From: Cetorhinus maximus
Taxonomy: Eukaryota
NCBI RefSeq assembly: GCF_964194155.1
Contig: NC_135880.1
Location: forward strand, 177,506,001 to 177,570,000
Length of the DNA: 64,000 nt
Direction: 5' to 3'
The first letter of the stretch is position 1, and every line of letters starts with the position of its first letter. The notes below the pieces were generated by a model that did no database searches, was not told the origin of the DNA, and saw only the letters and a list, made by a program, of their open reading frames with translations. This document shows positions 59,644 through 64,000 of this stretch, piece by piece. Made by a program: the position numbers and the translations under genes.

Positions 59644-60284
59644 GTGAGTGAGTGAATGTTGCAAGGAAGCCACAATTATACACTCCATAGGGTTTGTTCT
59701 CATCAAAGGTAACTTCTATAGTGCATCATCACCATTTAGTTAAGTAAGATTCTTGGTAAATAAGCCATTAACTTTACTGGTTATTAGTTTATCAATGTCT
59801 CAAAATTCAAGGCAAGCAGTGTGCTTAATTGCTAATCAAAGAATGGAGAGTTTGCAGCATTTATTGGGCTAGGCTGTCCTGTCAGCTAGGGAGACAGCAT
59901 TATTTGGATCTCTGCACTTTACGGTTTCAGTGGAGGGTGGTGAGATGGACAGAGAGAGAAATCCGGTTGGAAGGAAGTGCTAAGGAACTTAAATGAACAA
60001 TGGAACATATTGGGAGATTCATCCTTGAAAAGCTTCGATTCTTAAATAATACCTCCTTTCGGTGGATAAATGCAGCATTGGGTGAGATACTGAGCCTTTG
60101 CAGACCTGGATAAAGAGTCAACCAATTAGGACCGGAATGAGGAGAAATTTCTTCACTCAGAGGATTGTGAATCTTTGGAATTCTCTACCCTAGAGGGCTG
60201 TTGTTGACAACAGGTACCGGACCCTGTATCCGGCAAGTTCGGTACCGGATGTATGCCGGATTTGGGGATTTTATGGATTTTTTT

Positions 60285-60925
60285 CATTCATTTATGGGAT
60301 GTGCCCATCCCTAACTGCCCCTGAAAAGGTGGTGTTGAGCTGCCTTCTTGAACCACTGCAGTCCATGTAGTGTAGGTACACCCACTGTGCTGTTAGGGAG
60401 GGAGTTCCAAGATTTTGACCCAGCAACAAATGAAGGAACGGCGCTATATTTCCAAGTCAGGATGGTGAGTGGCTTGGAGGGGAAATCCAGGTGATGGTGT
60501 TCCCACGTGTCTGCTGCCCTTGTCCTTCTAGATGGTAACGGTCATGGGTTTGGAAGGTGCTGTCTAAGGAGCCTTGGTGAATTCCTGCAGTACATCTTGT
60601 AGATGGTACACACTGCTGCCATGGTGTATTGGTGGTGGAGGGAGTGAATGTTTGTGGATGGGGTGCCAATCAAGCGGGTTGCTTTGTCCTGGATGGTGTC
60701 AAGCTTCTTGAGTGTTGTTGGAGCTGCACTCATCCAGGCAAGTGGGGAGTATTCCATCACACTCCTGACTTGTGCCTTGTAAATAGTGGACAGGCTTTGT
60801 GGAGTCAAGAGGTGAGTTACTCACTGCAGGATTCTTAGCCTCTGACCTGCTCTTGTAGCCATTGTTTTTATATGGCTGGTCCAGTTCAGTTGCTGGTCAA
60901 TGGTAACCCCCGGGAGTTGATAGTT
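60285..60925 (-). mobile_element. CR1/L2-group LINE 3' fragment
   Basis: TPQSLSTIYKAQVRSVMEYSPLAWMSAAPTTLKKLDTIQDKATRLIG...RLLRQHLPNP. Confidence 0.85.
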
Positions 60926-61062
60926 TGACTAGGGAGGCAGTTGGAGGCAGGGGGTCATATAATGAAACCTCCAGCAATATACCCAACCAGATTTGGCAAC
61001 CCATATTGGCTCTTTGATGCATAAAATGTTTCATGTTAATGCTCTGTGCATTCTGTTTGCAG

Positions 61063-61244
61063 GTTACACTGGTCTGAAGGAAGCCATTGAAACTGCTGAC
61101 TTTACTGAAATTGATAAACTGCAAGAGCCTAAAGCACTACTGGAACGCATTTCACAAACAATTGTTTCCAATATAAAGCCATGTGATGTTATTTTTCAAA
61201 TGTCATCGTGTCTCCTAATCAGGGAATGTGAAGAGATTAAACAG
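61063..61244 (+). CDS. DDX58: RIG-I exon 3 (CARD1 end and CARD2 start); gene continues beyond the window
   Basis: TTGCAG acceptor; (G)YTGLKEAIETADFTEIDKLQEPKALLERISQ...IKPCDVIFQMSSCLLIRECEEIKQ; 182 nt; CAG|GTATTT donor. Confidence 0.92.
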
Positions 61245-61802
61245 GTATTTCTTAAGGATTGAGTGACATGGGGAAGCTAGTTGGGTTGCCAACCCTCCAG
61301 GATTGTCCTGGAGTCTGCTGGGATTAATAGCAATCTCCTGGCAACTAGAATAAGCAATATCGAGTGAAAAATCAGAGGGGCATTAAAAAATTTTTTTCAT
61401 TTTCTTTGAACGCTTCTGTTATCAGCCTGCCAAGAGCACTTCCAATTCTGAGGCATTCTTGACTTTAATCGTAGCACCGCTGGCAAACATGCTTTGAGCT
61501 GTCTAGGCCTAAAGCCCTGGAATGAACTCCCTGAACCCCTCTGACTCTGTTCTTTAAAATGTTCCTTAAAATCCAGCTTTTTGGCCATTTGTCCTAATAT
61601 CTCCTTACGTGGCTCGGTGTCAAATTTTGTTTGATAATCAATCCCATGAAACACCTTAGGATGTTTTTTGCTACGTTAGCATAGAAACATAGGAACAGGA
61701 GCAGACCATTTAAGCCCTTGAACCTGTTCCACCACTCAATCAGTAAATCTATGCTGCACTCCCTCCAAGGCCAACATATCCTTCCTAAAGTGTGGAACCC
61801 AG

Positions 61803-62214
61803 TGTTAACAGAATCCAAGCGGGTTGGTGAAGTTGAAACCAAGAGACAGAACTTTTCTTCATCAAGAAAGTTTATTGACTTTGTTCAGCCTCACAGCTCT
61901 CCTCCCACACTCCCAGCTGTCCCCTATTTATACTCTTTTGAGTAAACAAATGAATAAAAAGGGGGGGTAAATTAACAAAATAAATTAAACAATTTAGGGG
62001 ACCAGTCCCTTAAAAGGGCACAGTAACAAAAAAGAAAAACCTTAAAGGAAACTTGACAAACTAAATCACAATATTGTTTTGGGGGTCAATGATGCACCCC
62101 AGCCCTTACAGTACCCACCGATCGCGGAAGGTCCCCTATTTATATGTGCTTAAAGTACTTAATTAAACAATGCCCTTCACCTGTGTATCTTAACAATATA
62201 ACATACTATTAATA
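61803..62214 (-). mobile_element. Short solo-LTR-like element inside a CR1 fragment
   Basis: Ends TGTTAACAG / CTATTAATA; 5-bp TSD CCCAG; minus-strand TATAAATA and AATAAA. Confidence 0.65.
61933..62130 (-). mobile_element. 198-bp Tx1 3' fragment nested in the solo LTR
   Basis: 14-bp TSD GTCCCCTATTTATA (61919-61932 and 62131-62144); minus frame FRDRWVL*GLGCIIDPQNNIVI. Confidence 0.75.
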
Positions 62215-63084
62215 CCCAGAGCTGCTCACAGTGTTCCAGGTGTGGTTTAACCACAGCACTGTGCAGTTGAAGCATGACTTCTACTCCCTTATATTCCTCT
62301 AAATAAAAAAGTCAACATTCTATTCAGCTTTTTTGATTATTTACTGTACCTGTTGATGGCATTTTAATGACCTGTATACCCGGACCCACAAGTGTCTTTG
62401 GACCTCCACTGTTTTTAGCTTTTCCCTTTCTCATCCTTTTTAGACAGCAGAGCACCTTGTACAATTTTCCAATCGAAAGGAACAATTTCCCAAATTGGGA
62501 TAACTTTGGAAGATGGTGCTTAGTGCATTGGCAATGTTCTCCCTAATTTCCTTTAACATCCTGGAATGGAAACCATCTGCTGCTGGGGATTAGGGGAGTC
62601 AAGAGTAATGGGGAGCAGGCAGGAAAATGGAGTCGAAGCTACGATCAGATCAGCCATGATTTTATTGAACAGTGGAGCAGGCTCAAGGGGCCAAATGGCC
62701 TACTCCTGGTGCTGTTTACGTTCTTAAAGACGCCACATAAATGCAAGCTGTTGTTGTTATGGGGGAATGGACTAGATGGGATAATAGGGCAAATTTACTG
62801 AAGTGGGAAGTATGGCAAATTTTGTTAACCCACCAGCAGTCTTTCCTAGTTGTTTATAGGTGTGAAAGAAGGGCAGACAGTTAATTGACAAAGTTCTGTA
62901 CAGAAAAATGTGAACCCACACATTTTAAAAGTAATAGAAGGAATTCAGCTTTAAGTGGAGCAGAGGGACATGGGTGTGCAGATTTAAAAATCATTAAAAG
63001 TGGCAGCAGCATTAGAGAAGGTAATTTAAAAAAAAACAATGGCCTCAACCATCACTGTAACTCCCTTCAACCCTAGATAAAAAC

Positions 63085-64000
63085 AAAAAGCTAAAAGCTA
63101 CTGCGGATGCTGGAAATCCAAAACAAAAACAGAATTACCTGGAAAAACTCAGCAGGTCTGGCAGCATCGGTGGAGAAGAAATCAGTTAACGTTTCGAGTC
63201 TTCACGACCCTTTGGCAGAACTGAAGCATAGTTAGGAGAAAAGTGAAATATAAGCTGGTTTAAGGTGGGGAGGTGGGGGGAGAGAGAAGTTGAGGGTGTG
63301 GTGATTGTGGAGATAAGCAAACAGTGATAGGAGCAGATAATCAAAAGATGTCACAGACAAAAGGATCAAAGAGGTGTTGAAGGTGGTGATATTTGTCTAA
63401 GAAAAGTGCTAATTAAGAATGGAAGACAGGACACTCAAGGTACAGCTCTAGTGGGGGTGGGGTGGAAAGACTAACAAAGTTTTAGTTTTAGATTTAAAAA
63501 TAATGGAAATAGGTGGGAAAAGAAAAATCTATATAAATTATTGAAAAAAAAGGGAGGGGGGAGAAACGGGGTGGGGATAGGGGGAGGGGGAGTTTAAGAT
63601 CTAAAGTTGTTGAATTCAATATTCAGCCCGGAAGGCTGTAAAATGCCTAGTCGGAAGATGAGGTGCTGTTCCTCCAGTTTGCGTTGGGCTTCACTGGAAC
63701 AATGCAGCAAGCCAAGGACAGACATGTGGGCAAGAGAACAGGGTGGAGTGTTAAAATGGCAAGCGACAGGGAGGTTTGGGTCTTTCTTGCGGACAGACCA
63801 CAGGTGTTCTGCAAAGCGGTCGCCCAGTTTGCGTTCGGTCTCTCCAATGTAGAGGAGACCGCATTGGGAGCAATGAATGCAGTAGACTAAGTTAGGGGAA
63901 ATGCAAGTGAAATGCTGCTTCACTTGAAAGGAGTGTTTGGGCCCTTGGACGGTGAGGAGAGAGGAAGTGAAGGGGCAGGTGTTGCATCTTCTGCGTGGGC
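63085..64000 (-). mobile_element. Penelope-like element in RIG-I intron 3 (runs off the window), near-identical to 46956-48005
   Basis: ORF 63594-63923 GIY-YIG (NLVYCIHCSQCGLLYIGETERKLGDRFAEHL); hammerhead-like motif at 63182-63224 with core CTGCCAA. Confidence 0.92.

Overview
Eukaryotic, repeat-rich vertebrate DNA. The TE repertoire (CR1/L2-type LINEs, Penelope, Tx1, Harbinger, tRNA-SINEs) suggests a cartilaginous fish, probably a shark (inference). Four spliced host genes were read from the sequence: NDUFB6 (+, 4 exons, 130 aa, complete), the microprotein gene SMIM27 (-, 2 exons, 54 aa, complete, not visible as a whole ORF in the track), TOPORS (+, RING E3 ligase, 1044-aa CDS in one exon, head-to-head with SMIM27) and the first three exons of DDX58/RIG-I (+, CARD region; the rest lies beyond the window). 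Order and orientation match the human NDUFB6-SMIM27-TOPORS-DDX58 block. The RIG-I upstream region has a canonical ISRE, a GAS palindrome and an IRF-site cluster. The most notable non-coding signal is about ten minimal hammerhead-ribozyme-like motifs carried by Penelope-like (GIY-YIG) elements and their short derivatives. These include a shared CUGCC core variant in the two closely related copies, a tandem pair in RIG-I intron 1 and a second, inverted-repeat HHR-like element. A full-length, decayed two-gene Harbinger transposon, a related MITE and several nested insertions with readable target-site duplications are also present. All family assignments rest on recalled motifs, not database searches; repeat boundaries are approximate unless a TSD is quoted.
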